Shown here piece by piece: positions 52,301 through 64,000 of a stretch of 64,000 bases of DNA. The stretch covers positions 372,001-436,000 of the forward strand of contig JAIVFI010000006.1 of NCBI GenBank assembly GCA_025558095.1, given 5' to 3'. The notes under the pieces are model-generated. The model was not told where the DNA came from, ran no database searches, and saw nothing but the letters and a program-made list of their open reading frames with translations. The DNA is from Hyaloraphidium curvatum SAG 235-1. Lineage: Eukaryota; Fungi; Monoblepharomycota. A program made the position numbers and the translations under genes. The first letter of the stretch is position 1; each line of letters starts with the position of its first letter.

Positions 52301-54618
52301 CTCACTTTTCCAGGCCAGAATCGGATTTGGCATGGGGGCATGGTCTACTACCTGCAGGCGACGGCCCAAGGGGACGAATCGGTCCCGATGGATTGGGAGC
52401 CCTCTTATTGTGCCAGCAGCAACCTTAACTTCACCACCATGCCTTCCGAGCCTCCGGCGGACTGCGGCATCCCCGCCGCGGTCCCGCCGGAACCCCCGCC
52501 CTTTTTCTCCTTCGTCGAACCACCAGCCTCGACTTCTCTCCCTGCCTCCATTCCCCCGGAACCGCCCCCGCATTGGGTGCACGACCCGTGCTCGTGCTGT
52601 CAAGATGCCGCCTGCAAGGCCGTGGACTGTGCGCCCAACGTGTTCGCGCCCCTGAGCTCGGGGCACAACGACCCTCCCTGCGCGACTGTCTCGCCCGGTG
52701 ACTCGGTGCCCGAGACTTCTGTGCATCCATGCGCGGCCCTTCCTTTCCCCGACTTCTCGCCGCCACTTCCTTCCCCCTTCCTTTCTTGCTTCCCTCCCGA
52801 AGTCGTCGTTTGCGCGGTCGAACCGTCGCCGCCGACGGTAACGGTCGAGGGCAAGTTCGCTGCCCCCGTACCTCCTCAGCTGGCCCCGACCCCGGTTCCG
52901 CTCCCGCCGCGTTCTGCCGAGCCGTTGCCGCGGCCCCCGGTCGACTTCAAGACTGGCATTCCCGTCTACTACCTCAGCCGCCCTGACCATGTGTCCGTGC
53001 TGGCACCCAATCTCCTGCACATGCCGACGCAGGCGGAAATGTTCGAGCGGGCCGAGCGCGGCGAGCCAGTGGAGGGCTGGGTCGTCGACGTGGATCCGAA
53101 TCGCTGGTTTCTGGCTGTTGCCAACCGCCGCGTCGACGTGCGGCTCGTTGCCAAGAGCCTGAACCCCGGGCCGAACGGACGCTACGACTTCGCCAACAGT
53201 CATCTGCCGGGGACAACGGAGCGCATCACCGTGACCAATGCCGACGGCACCAAGTCGCACTACGTGCCGAAGCGGGCGAACCCGTCCAAGGCCGACGGTT
53301 CCGTCAGCTTCGGGAGGATCGTCGGCTTCCACCTAGAGCACTCCTGCTCCGATACTAAGCGGATCGCAAGGTCTTTCGGTCCGTCGCCGCCTGCCGCTGG
53401 AGCGTGCAGACACCACCCGCTCTGGGAGCCCAAGATCTCGGAGTTCAAGCCGCCGGCGCCCGATTCGCGCCCCAACGACGCTGCAAAGGCGGAGAAGCAC
53501 GCTCGGCGCAACGTCGAACTGTTCCCGACCCCTGGCGGCTGCACGGACGAGTTTGGTGCCAAGCTGTGGGGCGAGGTCGCTGGTGCCGGCCGTGCGGGGA
53601 CCCCGGCGCTGCCGGAGCTCATCCTCGGTGTTCCGGCCAAGCTCGACCGCCGCCTGTGCGGCTACGACAAGGCGGCCGCGCGTCTGAATGCCACCAAGCG
53701 GACCACCATGCTGGACGTCAACGATTGCGAGGGCAACCCTGTGCAGAAGTCTCTCCACGATTTCGAGCGCGACCTGCCCTCTCAACGCACAACGAACAGT
53801 GCAGCCTTCTCGGACTACACGAGGGCGCTGCTGCCACAACTCGACCGCATCCTGGACGTCTACTGTTCCGGAGAACGGAGGTGGGCAAGCCAATCCCTGT
53901 GGCAACGACTTCGCTCACGCATCCTGCAGCCTGGATCGTGTGCGCACGATTCGCCGGCGCCGCGAGGTCCTCAGCTGGATCTGTCGCGACATGTGTCGCA
54001 ACCCGTATTCGGGCAAGTACGATCCACAGACGACCATCGCATACGGCGCCGCGCGATTCGGCCATGCGAGCAAGGGCGGCCCGGCCTCCCGGATCGTTCG
54101 CTTCAGGGCGGAGCTGGCCAAGGCCGGGATCATGGTCTTGGTCAACGAGTACCTCACGTCCCAAATGTGCAGCTGGTGCGGCAGCCGCCGTGATCATCCG
54201 ACTCGCCTGACGTCCTTTCCAGCTGCAAGACCACCTATGTCGTCGGAATCCGGAACCCCGGCTCCAAGGGCGAGGTGCGCGGGGTGAAATACTGTCCCCT
54301 CTGCCGCCGCTTCTGGATGCGCGACGTGAACAGTGTGCACTCCATGGAGCACCTCTTCTGGTTCGGCCTCATCACCGGAGGGGAGCGCCCCTGGCCGTTC
54401 AGGCCGGACACCAGGAAGCCGAAGCCGCAGCCCAAGCTCCGAGCTGGGACTGGTGCAGCGCCGCGCAAGTCCGCGGGTGAGCGCGCTCGCATTCGCGACG
54501 GTCATCCCGAGCGTCATCCCGAGCTGATCCGGGAGCTCCAGGTGCCGCCACAGGCCGCAAGCGTACGGCCGCAAGCGCCGCGAATGGGTCGGTCAAGAAG
54601 CTCAAGCCGGCAAGCTGA
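46313..54618 (+). CDS. Predicted ~2,650-aa transposase-Fanzor1 fusion protein; introns 48629-48685, 49258-49323, 52254-52313, 53881-53929, 54176-54222, 54477-54541
   Basis: Every junction has a GT donor, a branch-like CTRAY/CTCAC and a CAG acceptor, and restores frame. N-terminal HTH plus 'LDESSF','ILDNAGFH','SPEFNPTE'. C-terminal 'VVDVDPN', 'LPSQRTTN..F.DY', 'AYGAARF', 'VNEYLTSQMC', 'CPLCRRFWMRDVNS', 'RPWPF'. Confidence 0.75.
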
Positions 54619-54800
54619 CCTGGCCGCGGAAACAGTTACAAGTTGGCGTGCCATGCACCGCGTGGGCGCCATTGCATTTGCTTGATCGAGGTGGAGTCCG
54701 TCAGGGACCGCCTTTTATTCGCAGGCTCGATGATGAACATTGCTGCTAGGCCGCAAAGGATTGCGGCACAGTGGGCACAGTAGCAGTTTCTGAGAGTGTA
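54619..54800 (+). ncRNA. Candidate Fanzor omegaRNA scaffold
   Basis: Located 3' of the Fanzor stop at the element's right end. Stems: TGGCG/CGCCA with CCATGC/GCGTGG (54644-54671); ATCGAG/CTCGAT enclosing GTCC/GGAC (54685-54731); GCCGCAA-AGGA-TTGCGGC (54750-54767) inside CTGCTA/TAGCAG. Confidence 0.55.
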
Positions 54801-54834
54801 GCTAACAGCAGCCTCGTGAGCAACATTCGACGCG

Positions 54835-56439
54835 ATGGACCCCGGCTACGAGGTCCGTGATCTTGGGGGCGTGCTGGGGCGCGCGATGTTCGCGACCAGG
54901 CCGTTCGCGGTCGGCCAGCTCATCTTCCGGGAGGCACCGCTCCTCGTTGTGCCCCGGTTCCGGGATGGCTCCCTCGATGTCCCACCTAAGCTGGCCAAGA
55001 TCGTGTCGGCGGTGGCGGCTATGAATTCGGACGTCGATCTCCCCGTCGAGCTCACGGTCAACATCCTGGTCTTGGTCGCGAGGCGCTCCGCCGAGCCGGA
55101 CGCGCAAGCCTTCCTCACAACACTCGACGATTTCGCGAGACCAGGGAAGAACCAAGCGCCGGAGTCGTGGCTGAACCCGATCACGGATCTCGTGGCCTCC
55201 AAGTGCAAGTCGTTCGTGCCCGAGATGTTCGCCGCGCTTTCCGAGCGCCAAATTTCGGACTGTCTGCTCAGTTGTGCGACCAACGCCCACTCGTTTGAGA
55301 CCGACGAGGGCCCTTACGTCGGGCTCTACAGCATGGGCTCTAAGCTTGCCCACAGCTGCGTCCCGAACACATTGCAGGTGTTTGAAGCAAACGACATCCT
55401 GCACTACGCTCTTCGGAGCATCTCGCCCGGAGACATGATTGCGATCAACTATGGCTTTGCCGAGGACATTCGTTCCGTGTTTCCCACGCCGCTTCGGCGT
55501 GCGCGCCTTTCGGTCTCCAAGTTCTTTCACTGCGAGTGCCTTCGGTGCACCGCCCCCGATACCAACCGGATGTTCCGTTGTCCGAAGTGCGACGAAGCTG
55601 CGGTCGCACAGTGGGACTTCGCTGAGGAGGAGGAATCTGCCGAGCAGGAGGCGGCAATTGACTCGACATCTGGGTCGGCGGAGCAGGAAACGGAAACCGC
55701 TGATCCTGCAACCTCTGTCGCGCGCTCCCAATCGCCGGGTTCTACAGACGTGGCTCAAGGAGGGAACAGTGAATCATTAGCTACGGACGGATCGTCTGGC
55801 GCGCCAGAGACTGCCGCACAAACAGCACCGGATGCCAGGCACCCGTACCGCTGCGAGAAGTGTGCCGCTGTTTTCGCGCCCGAAGCCATGCCGCTCGCCG
55901 AGGAGCAAGAGTTGGCGGAGAGCTTGGCTCAAGTGTCTGATCTCCTGATGCAACCTTCGACCGACAGGGAGCAGTTGTACCACGCCATCGATGCAACATG
56001 CAAGACAGCACATGCGAAGCTGGGAGGCGAACACTGGGTGTCAGGTTGGAGCCTACTTTTGCTACTGAGCGACACCCGAGGTCGCCCAGTCAAGGGCAGA
56101 GCTCGGGCAACCGACGCCGCTTACAAAGCCAGGCGCAAAGAGCTGGCGCGCCAGTGGTTCGGTTGGGCAGCGCGACACGTTTCGCCGTACTTTCCCCACT
56201 ACTTTGCAAGGATGCTGTGCAGCGAAATCTCGGACGTCCTGGACGAAGCCTGCTGGCGCGAGGTTGTCGCGAGCGTGAACGACGCCGAGACATATCTCGA
56301 GCCGCAATTCCTCGGGCCCGTTTTCTCCGCGGAGCGACGGGAAGCCATCAAGGCAAAACTGGCAACGGCCCGGGCAGCAAATCAGGCTGCGTCGTCGCCG
56401 ACCCGGGCGAGTGCCAAGAACGAAAGGAAGAGGAGATAG
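54835..56439 (+). CDS. SET-domain lysine methyltransferase (SMYD/Set5-like)
   Basis: 'GRAMFATRPFAVGQLIFREAP', 'SKLAHSCVPN', 'ALRSISPGD.I.INY', post-SET 'FHCECLRC'. Confidence 0.88.
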   Translation: MDPGYEVRDLGGVLGRAMFATRPFAVGQLIFREAPLLVVPRFRDGSLDVPPKLAKIVSAVAAMNSDVDLPVELTVNILVLVARRSAEPDAQAFLTTLDDFARPGKNQAPESWLNPITDLVASKCKSFVPEMFAALSERQISDCLLSCATNAHSFETDEGPYVGLYSMGSKLAHSCVPNTLQVFEANDILHYALRSISPGDMIAINYGFAEDIRSVFPTPLRRARLSVSKFFHCECLRCTAPDTNRMFRCPKCDEAAVAQWDFAEEEESAEQEAAIDSTSGSAEQETETADPATSVARSQSPGSTDVAQGGNSESLATDGSSGAPETAAQTAPDARHPYRCEKCAAVFAPEAMPLAEEQELAESLAQVSDLLMQPSTDREQLYHAIDATCKTAHAKLGGEHWVSGWSLLLLLSDTRGRPVKGRARATDAAYKARRKELARQWFGWAARHVSPYFPHYFARMLCSEISDVLDEACWREVVASVNDAETYLEPQFLGPVFSAERREAIKAKLATARAANQAASSPTRASAKNERKRR

Positions 56440-56461
56440 CGTCGTGCGTTGTGTATGGGAG

Positions 56462-59156
56462 TTACATCGCTGTTGCCGTTGCCATGGCGACCCACTCCTT
56501 CACTACTTCCTGTTCGATGCGCAACCATCAGCGAATGAAAGGAAGATGATGTATAGCACTCGCCTCAAGGACAACCACATTCTTCCATTGTGCTTTCTTG
56601 CGTTCGTTTTCCTCGTATCCGATTCTCTTCTTCAAGGCGGGATTCGGAACTCCAACGGGAGGATAGGCGATCGCGTGTCGGGCCTCCGCGAGAAGTTCCT
56701 TGCACGATCCCGAAATCACCGTCATCTTCTTCTCCTCCGCCACGTTGACAAGGAAAGAGAGGATGGGATACAGATAGGACGAGGGCGCGCTGCTCTCCTC
56801 CGAAGGTTCACCGTCATCCTCGTCGGTCCCATACTGATCCCCAGACACAAAGAAACCATATAGAACAGGAAAAGGCGCGGCGGCCACCGAGTGAATCAGC
56901 CCCGTTAGGGCAAGGTTGTACTCGAACGATCGCTTGAAGAAACCGGCCAGCAGTGACAGAAGCAGTGACAGAACCGGATCGCTGGCGAGGACCCTTAGTC
57001 CAGAGACGACCCCGACAAAGGCGACATCGTCGAAGGAGACTTCGACGTCAACCGGCGATTCGTCTTCTACCGCTCGATTCCCGGGTTCCGGGCTCTCTGG
57101 ACGCGATATCCAGAGCAATTTGCTCTCGGTGGCCTCCACATAGGTTGTCAGCGTCCGTGTTCCATCTTCCTTGTCATGCCCTCCGGATTGATCCTGCGTT
57201 CCACCGGAAGGGTCAGAGTCCGCAGCAGAGTACGGGATCATCTGCGTAGGATCCACGAATGCCAAAGCAGCCTGGAGCCCGGGAGGAGACGGCGAAGCCG
57301 ATCGTCGGCCCGACGGGGTCCCAGGCGCAGAGTCTGCTTCGTCGTCCGGAAGCAAAGCCAGCCAACGCGCGAGCTGGGGAACGGCTTCCAGCTTCATGCG
57401 CTGCAGAATGGCTCTGTTCTCCGCCGAAACCGTCCCTTGGTCACCGTAATGGGACCATGACGGCAAACTCTGAACGAGGAGCTGGACCGCCATGGGTCCA
57501 CGGCTCCCGGAGCATAGAGAGTCCAGAAGCCGCAATGCGGGCACTGCCAGCTCGTCACGATCGTCCGCAATCATGGAAAGCAATACTGTCCGCACCGACA
57601 CGACCCCCGCCTTGTCACCCGCGAATTCAGTGTTTGTCTGCCCGCCCAGCAGGAAGCGAACGATGGAGTCGATGAGGCCAAACTGGGGTTCGACGCCGGG
57701 GCGCGCCGAGGCAGCCTCCTCCACGGTTGCCACCATTCTAGCCAGAGCCCCGGTGAGCTTCGCTGATGCACCTAAGCTGTCGGAATCGCGGTGCGTCGCA
57801 AGCACCGTTTCGTACAGAATGGCGCTCAGGAAGTGAGAATCGAACTCGGAGGCGATCGCCTGCGCTAGCCGTTGCGAGGGCGTCCTCGACATGATGCTTT
57901 GGATGAACTGGAGAAGACTGATGAAAAACGACAGAGGATCCGCTGCGGATGTTCCGCCGCTGCCGCCAAGCTGTCCAGATTTGGAAGGAGAGTTCCTGCT
58001 GGAGTCTGCCGATCGCCGAGGAACGGAAACCTTGCTGTCCCCAGCTCTCTGCGGCGCCCGCAGTTCGCCGTCCGCATCCGCTCTCGACGCGCGTTCGGAG
58101 GGGCTGCCTGCGCCGAAGCAGTAGGCCCAGGATGCCCCGAGGCTGGCGATGAGGAGCTCGGGCAGATTTGCGCCCTCGACCACGAAGGTCTCCAAATCCG
58201 AACCCGGCGAAGCCAGTTCGGGAAGTTCGAGCAGCTTTCCGATTGCGGTCCGCGCGATGTCGCCGGATTTGGTCGGCGCTTGGAGATGGCGGAGCAGCAA
58301 ACCGAGCAAAGGGAAGGGTCCCAGCTGCGCGGCCGCAGTGGCGCCAGATTGTGACCGAGCAATGGCAGGCGCCACGGAAGGACCTGAGTTGGTTTGCACA
58401 GGCTCGAAAAAGATGTACAGCAGCTCCGGATACTCGTGTATCTTCTCGCAGATCCCGTAGAGGAAGTCCATCACCTCGTCCTCGTATGCTTCGAGCTTAT
58501 CCCAGTCGAGAGACCTGAGAAGCCGATTCAACGGGCCGTGCACATTTCCTTGGGTCAGGAAGCGCGCCTGGAGCGGCGAGTTGACGAGGTCCGAGAAGAG
58601 CTTCACGGTTTCCCTGACGACCCCGACGGGGATGTTGGCGTACGAGTACTTGACGAGGTCATCGAGTATGTTTCTGTTCAGCAGCTCCTCCATACTGCGC
58701 GGCCGGCCGTCAGTCGTTCGCGTCAGCGATGGGCGACGAGGCTGCTCACCAAGGTCCCGTCGGGTCATCCGGCGCGTTCGACTTGTCCTCGTACAGGAGC
58801 ATCTTCACCAGCTCCTGCATGCAGACCGGAATGTCCGTTTTCTCCACCGGCGGAACCTGCTCCGCCAGCTTGCCGCTGAAATCCGACAGCGTATCCTCGA
58901 TCGTGCGCCAGCATTTCTGGAACCGCGCCAGCGTATCCTGCTTGGACCGCGGCCTCCCACCCTTCGTGAATCGCGCAAAGAAGTCCATGACTTGTCGGTT
59001 GGCAGCTTTCGCTTCCTTTGGAGGAGGCTGCGGCGGTAGAGACGGGAGCTTCGCCTGGGAAGTGGTGCGCCCGCCAGAAGGCGACGCGTTCTTCGGTGGA
59101 GTCGGGGGGCCGCCGCCTTCAAAATGGGAAGGTAGTTTGGAGGCCCAATCTACCAT
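56462..59156 (-). CDS. FHIP/FAM160 (FTS-Hook-interacting, RAI16-like) protein
   Basis: 'MEELLNRNILDDLV', 'ICEKIHEYPELLYIFF', 'FFKRSFEYNLALTGLI', C-terminal 'NVVVLEEVVKE'. Confidence 0.82.
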
Positions 59157-59254
59157 CTGAAGCAGCGACGGCCTCTCGCTGCCGGCCGCGATTGTGTGGC
59201 GGTTTCCACCAGCGCGTTCCCGCGCGCGACCCGCATTGAAAACACCGACCAAAG

Positions 59255-59811
59255 ATGTCGTCGAAGAAGAAGGCTACGCCGGCCTCAGAGACTGCTGCGC
59301 CGACTCCGTCGCCGGCATCGAAGAAACCAGCCGCAAAGGCGGACGATCCGGCCGCGGAGCCCGAAGGAGCGGACGATGAGGAGGAGGTGCAGAAGGGCGA
59401 GAAGGGCAAGGCTTCGAAGGACCTTAGCAACGTGACCGGCTACCTGCCCGAAGAGGCCGGAGCCAATGTGGACGCAAGCAAGCTGAACACAGTGGGGCTG
59501 ACGGCACGAACCAACGTGAAGCACCGTGCTCAACGTCGCGACTCGCGTTCCAGGCGATGACGGCCATCACGGACGCGAAAGCTACCGCATCGGCGCGCAA
59601 AGCAAGAGAACGAGAGCTGGAGAAGGTCGTCATCGCAAAGGAGGACCTTGAGCTCGTGGTGCGTCCCCTGTCGCTGTCGGAAAGCCCTGCAATTGACCGG
59701 CTCCTGAAGATGTCCGAATTGGATCTGAGTAAAGCTCAAGCCGACAGAGCACTGAGGGAAGCTAAAGGCTCCGTGGCTACTGTATTGCGGAATGCGCTGG
59801 AGGCCTCCTAG
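59255..59811 (+). CDS. HYPK: Huntingtin-interacting protein K (HYPK)-like, UBA C-terminus
   Basis: 'DLSNVTGY..E', 'RERELEKVVIAKEDLELV..ELDLSKAQADRALREAKG'. Confidence 0.8.
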
Positions 59812-59861
59812 CCGCGATGTGTTTCCAGGCAGCAAGAGATACACTTCCCCTGGCGTCGTCT

Positions 59862-61788
<1,927 letters not shown>

Positions 61789-61961
61789 TGACGCGTCCGG
61801 ACGGCCGCGGGCCCTTCTCGCCGCGTCCGAGCGCTCTGTCCGTGATGGTTGTCGCGCGCCCGGCCCCCGTCATCACGCCCCTTTGTAGTCTTTGAGGATA
61901 CCTCGGCCGCACGCTCAATCAAGAGGCTCATTCAAAACGGCAAAAGAGGACAGCCAATTGT

Positions 61962-62536
61962 CTATTTCTCCTCCTTCTTGAAGTTGGCAAAGACATCATC
62001 GTGGACCGTGAGCAATTGTCGGTCAAACTTGTACTGCGGGAGAAGCATTAGCGGCTGTTTCCGGCGGCAGGGAGCTGATCGACAGCAGAGGCAGAGAGCG
62101 AGGCCAGGCCGAAGATTGCCCGCGGCCGGCGCCCAGGTCCTCAACCTCGGAGGCCCGAGTCTCCGCCACCACCACCGTCCCCCTTTGCCTGCCCCGACCA
62201 CCACATCGCGCCAAACCACCTGCTGACACCCACGTTGAACGTTGCCGCACACCAGTAGAAGAAGCTGGGCACCAGGATGCCCCCGATGAGGCCGTATCGG
62301 AGCGTCCGCGGCGTCACTTTGAAGTTGCGCAGCGTGTTCTCCCGCATGTACGCCCATTTCTCGATTGCCGGGTCCTAATAGACAACGGGGCGTGAGAAGG
62401 TCCAGATGGAGCCGGTTGGTGGGAGCGTATCGGCGTCCGATACCGTCGGTTGCCATCGGGGTCAGCGAGGTCTCGGGGCTGCCATCGCGCCCGCGAGACT
62501 TGCCTTGCGGACCTCGTTCAGGAAATGGCGTGCCAT
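61962..62536 (-). CDS. Complex I accessory subunit NDUFB4 (B15)-like
   Basis: 'DPAIEKWAYMRENTLRNFKVTPRT' plus a TM segment; first exon MARHFLNE inferred. Confidence 0.7.
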
Positions 62537-63017
62537 CGCTCTAACGCCGCAATTGGTCGCCAAAAGCGGCGCAGGATGGCCCGGGTGACCGCTGCAGCCG
62601 CGCGGTCTGTGGTGTTGCCGTCGAGAGGGCGCTCTCGTCGCTGGCGCCGTAGCATTCTCCTCCCTGCCCGATCACACCTTCGCGTCTGTTTATGCTCCAA
62701 TGCTGCGACCTAACATGGTTCCTTTTCCTAAGTTGCTGCAGCGTCTTTGGCAACGAGGCCCGTGGGCCGCAGATGCAGGGGGAACGTTGGTCTATCTGAA
62801 GACGACAGGCCGGAGGAGATGAAGGGAAACAAGAGATGGCATGAATCGTGCCTGTTCTTACTTCTTTCAACGGCCAATACTCTGCTCGAGTGCGGAGAAA
62901 AGCGAAGGTGATCACCTCGCGATGATCTTTGCTCTTCCCTCCCTTTGCCGTCGAATTCCGTGACGCCCTCGTCACGTCCGAAGCGGCCGGCAGGACATCC
63001 TCCAGTCGCTCCGCGCG

Positions 63018-64000
63018 ATGCTCGGCCAGGAGTCTCTCTCGGAGCGGGAGAGGCTTCGGAAGGAGCTCAAGGCTTGGGAGCGTTCGTTCAGGGCAGACCA
63101 CGGCCGCCAACCCGAGCCCTCGGATCTGAAGGAGCTACCCGCCATCAGTGGGCCCCGAGACGATGTGTGATTGCGCCTAGTCGTCTCACTTACGGCCATC
63201 GCAGAGCGAAAGTACCAAGAGTACGAGCGTCTGAAGAAGGCGGAGAAGGAGCGGGCCGAACGCCCCACTGCCTCTCGGCCGTCTCCCGCTCAGGCCCGGG
63301 CTGCTACGAGCGACGATGACGCTGGCAAGGGGCGCGACGAAGACGAGAACAGCGTTCCCGATTCGCCTCCCCATCATCAGCAGGAGAACCCCACTTCCTC
63401 GCGGTCGGCATCGCTGACGGAAAGGACCCCTTGGCTCAAGAGCCGACCTTCGGCGGGACTTCGGGGTCATTCGCTCGGCGATGAGGCGGACGGAGATGTC
63501 GTCGAGCCTACACCGGGCGTGCGTAGGAGAAGATCTTCCATTTTCGCTGCGAGGCAAGCCCAGGGAGGATCGGCCAGCCGTGGCGCCTTCGGAACCCACG
63601 TGAACAAAAAGGAAACTAGAAGCGGAGCTTCGCGAGGCAAAAGGGGAGGCATTGAGATCGCCGAAGAGGACCACGAGGATGGCGCGGATTCCCTGCAGCC
63701 GCCCAGCATTCGTCCGGCGAGCCAGGAACGCCGTACACCCCTCGCGGAAATGGAAGTCCCGGCGATGCCGGTCGAGGCTCAGGACGCCATGGCAGTCGAT
63801 TCGCATGCGCACGAAGAGATCAAGTGCGTTTCCTAGCTAGCCCGGAGGCGGAAGCCTGACTCATGATTCCCATCCAGTCTTCCCGAACAGTCGCTGGATG
63901 AGTTCAGCCTATATCCTTTGGAACAAGCTCTGGACGATGAGCCTCAAGAGCGCGGTCTCTCGGTGTATGATTCCAGCACCTGGTACGACGATCCGGACGA
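63018..64000 (+). CDS. SLD2: Sld2/Drc1-like replication protein (runs off window)
   Basis: 'LRKELKAWERSFRADHGRQPEPSDLK..P....KYQEYERLK' is the Sld2/RecQ4 N-terminal domain. Confidence 0.75.

Larger units (their letters stand above)
46173..54800 (+). mobile_element. Tc1/IS630-type transposon carrying a Fanzor (TnpB-derived) nuclease; ends approximate
   Basis: DDE transposase at the left and Fanzor RuvC at the right, inserted between the divergent host genes eIF3h and SET; no clean TIR/TSD identified. Confidence 0.75.

Noticed and set aside
54501-54524. 12-bp tandem duplication GTCATCCCGAGC
   Set aside because: It lies within predicted intron 6 and is probably simple slippage.
46201-54730. 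10-bp imperfect inverted repeat TCGAGCTTGC / GCAGGCTCGA as the element TIR
   Set aside because: It matches only 9/10, does not extend, has no flanking TA duplication, and would cut through the structured tail.
62540-63017. Relatively long intergenic region as an ncRNA or tRNA locus
   Set aside because: No tRNA cloverleaf, snoRNA box pair or other recognisable structure could be supported by eye.

Overview
Gene-dense, GC-rich eukaryotic DNA with many short (~45-70 nt) spliceosomal introns. It is most consistent with an early-diverging (zoosporic/monoblepharid-like) fungus, which is an inference from gene content and intron style. About 27 host genes are recognisable: RIX1, YCG1, SPT20, CBF5, URG1, UPRT, DPY30, a tricalbin-like SMP-C2-C2-DM9 protein, RPS19, TFA2, TOP3, a MYST HAT, an ACP-like protein, NIC96, an RTT107-like protein, AOX, a GAF-PDE, COA8, pyridoxal kinase, an orphan, eIF3h, a SET protein, FHIP, HYPK, CMK, NDUFB4 and SLD2. 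There are two mobile elements. The first is an intact hAT transposon (37018-39883, 14-bp TIRs, 8-bp TSD). The second, and the main finding, is a ~8.6-kb element between eIF3h and the SET gene. Six predicted introns join its ORFs into one ~2,650-aa protein with an N-terminal IS630/Tc1-type DDE transposase and a C-terminal Fanzor1/TnpB-like RuvC nuclease (D-E-D triad, zinc finger, bipartite NLS). A highly structured ~180-nt non-coding tail follows and is a candidate omegaRNA. All exon structures were deduced by eye and need RNA-seq confirmation.
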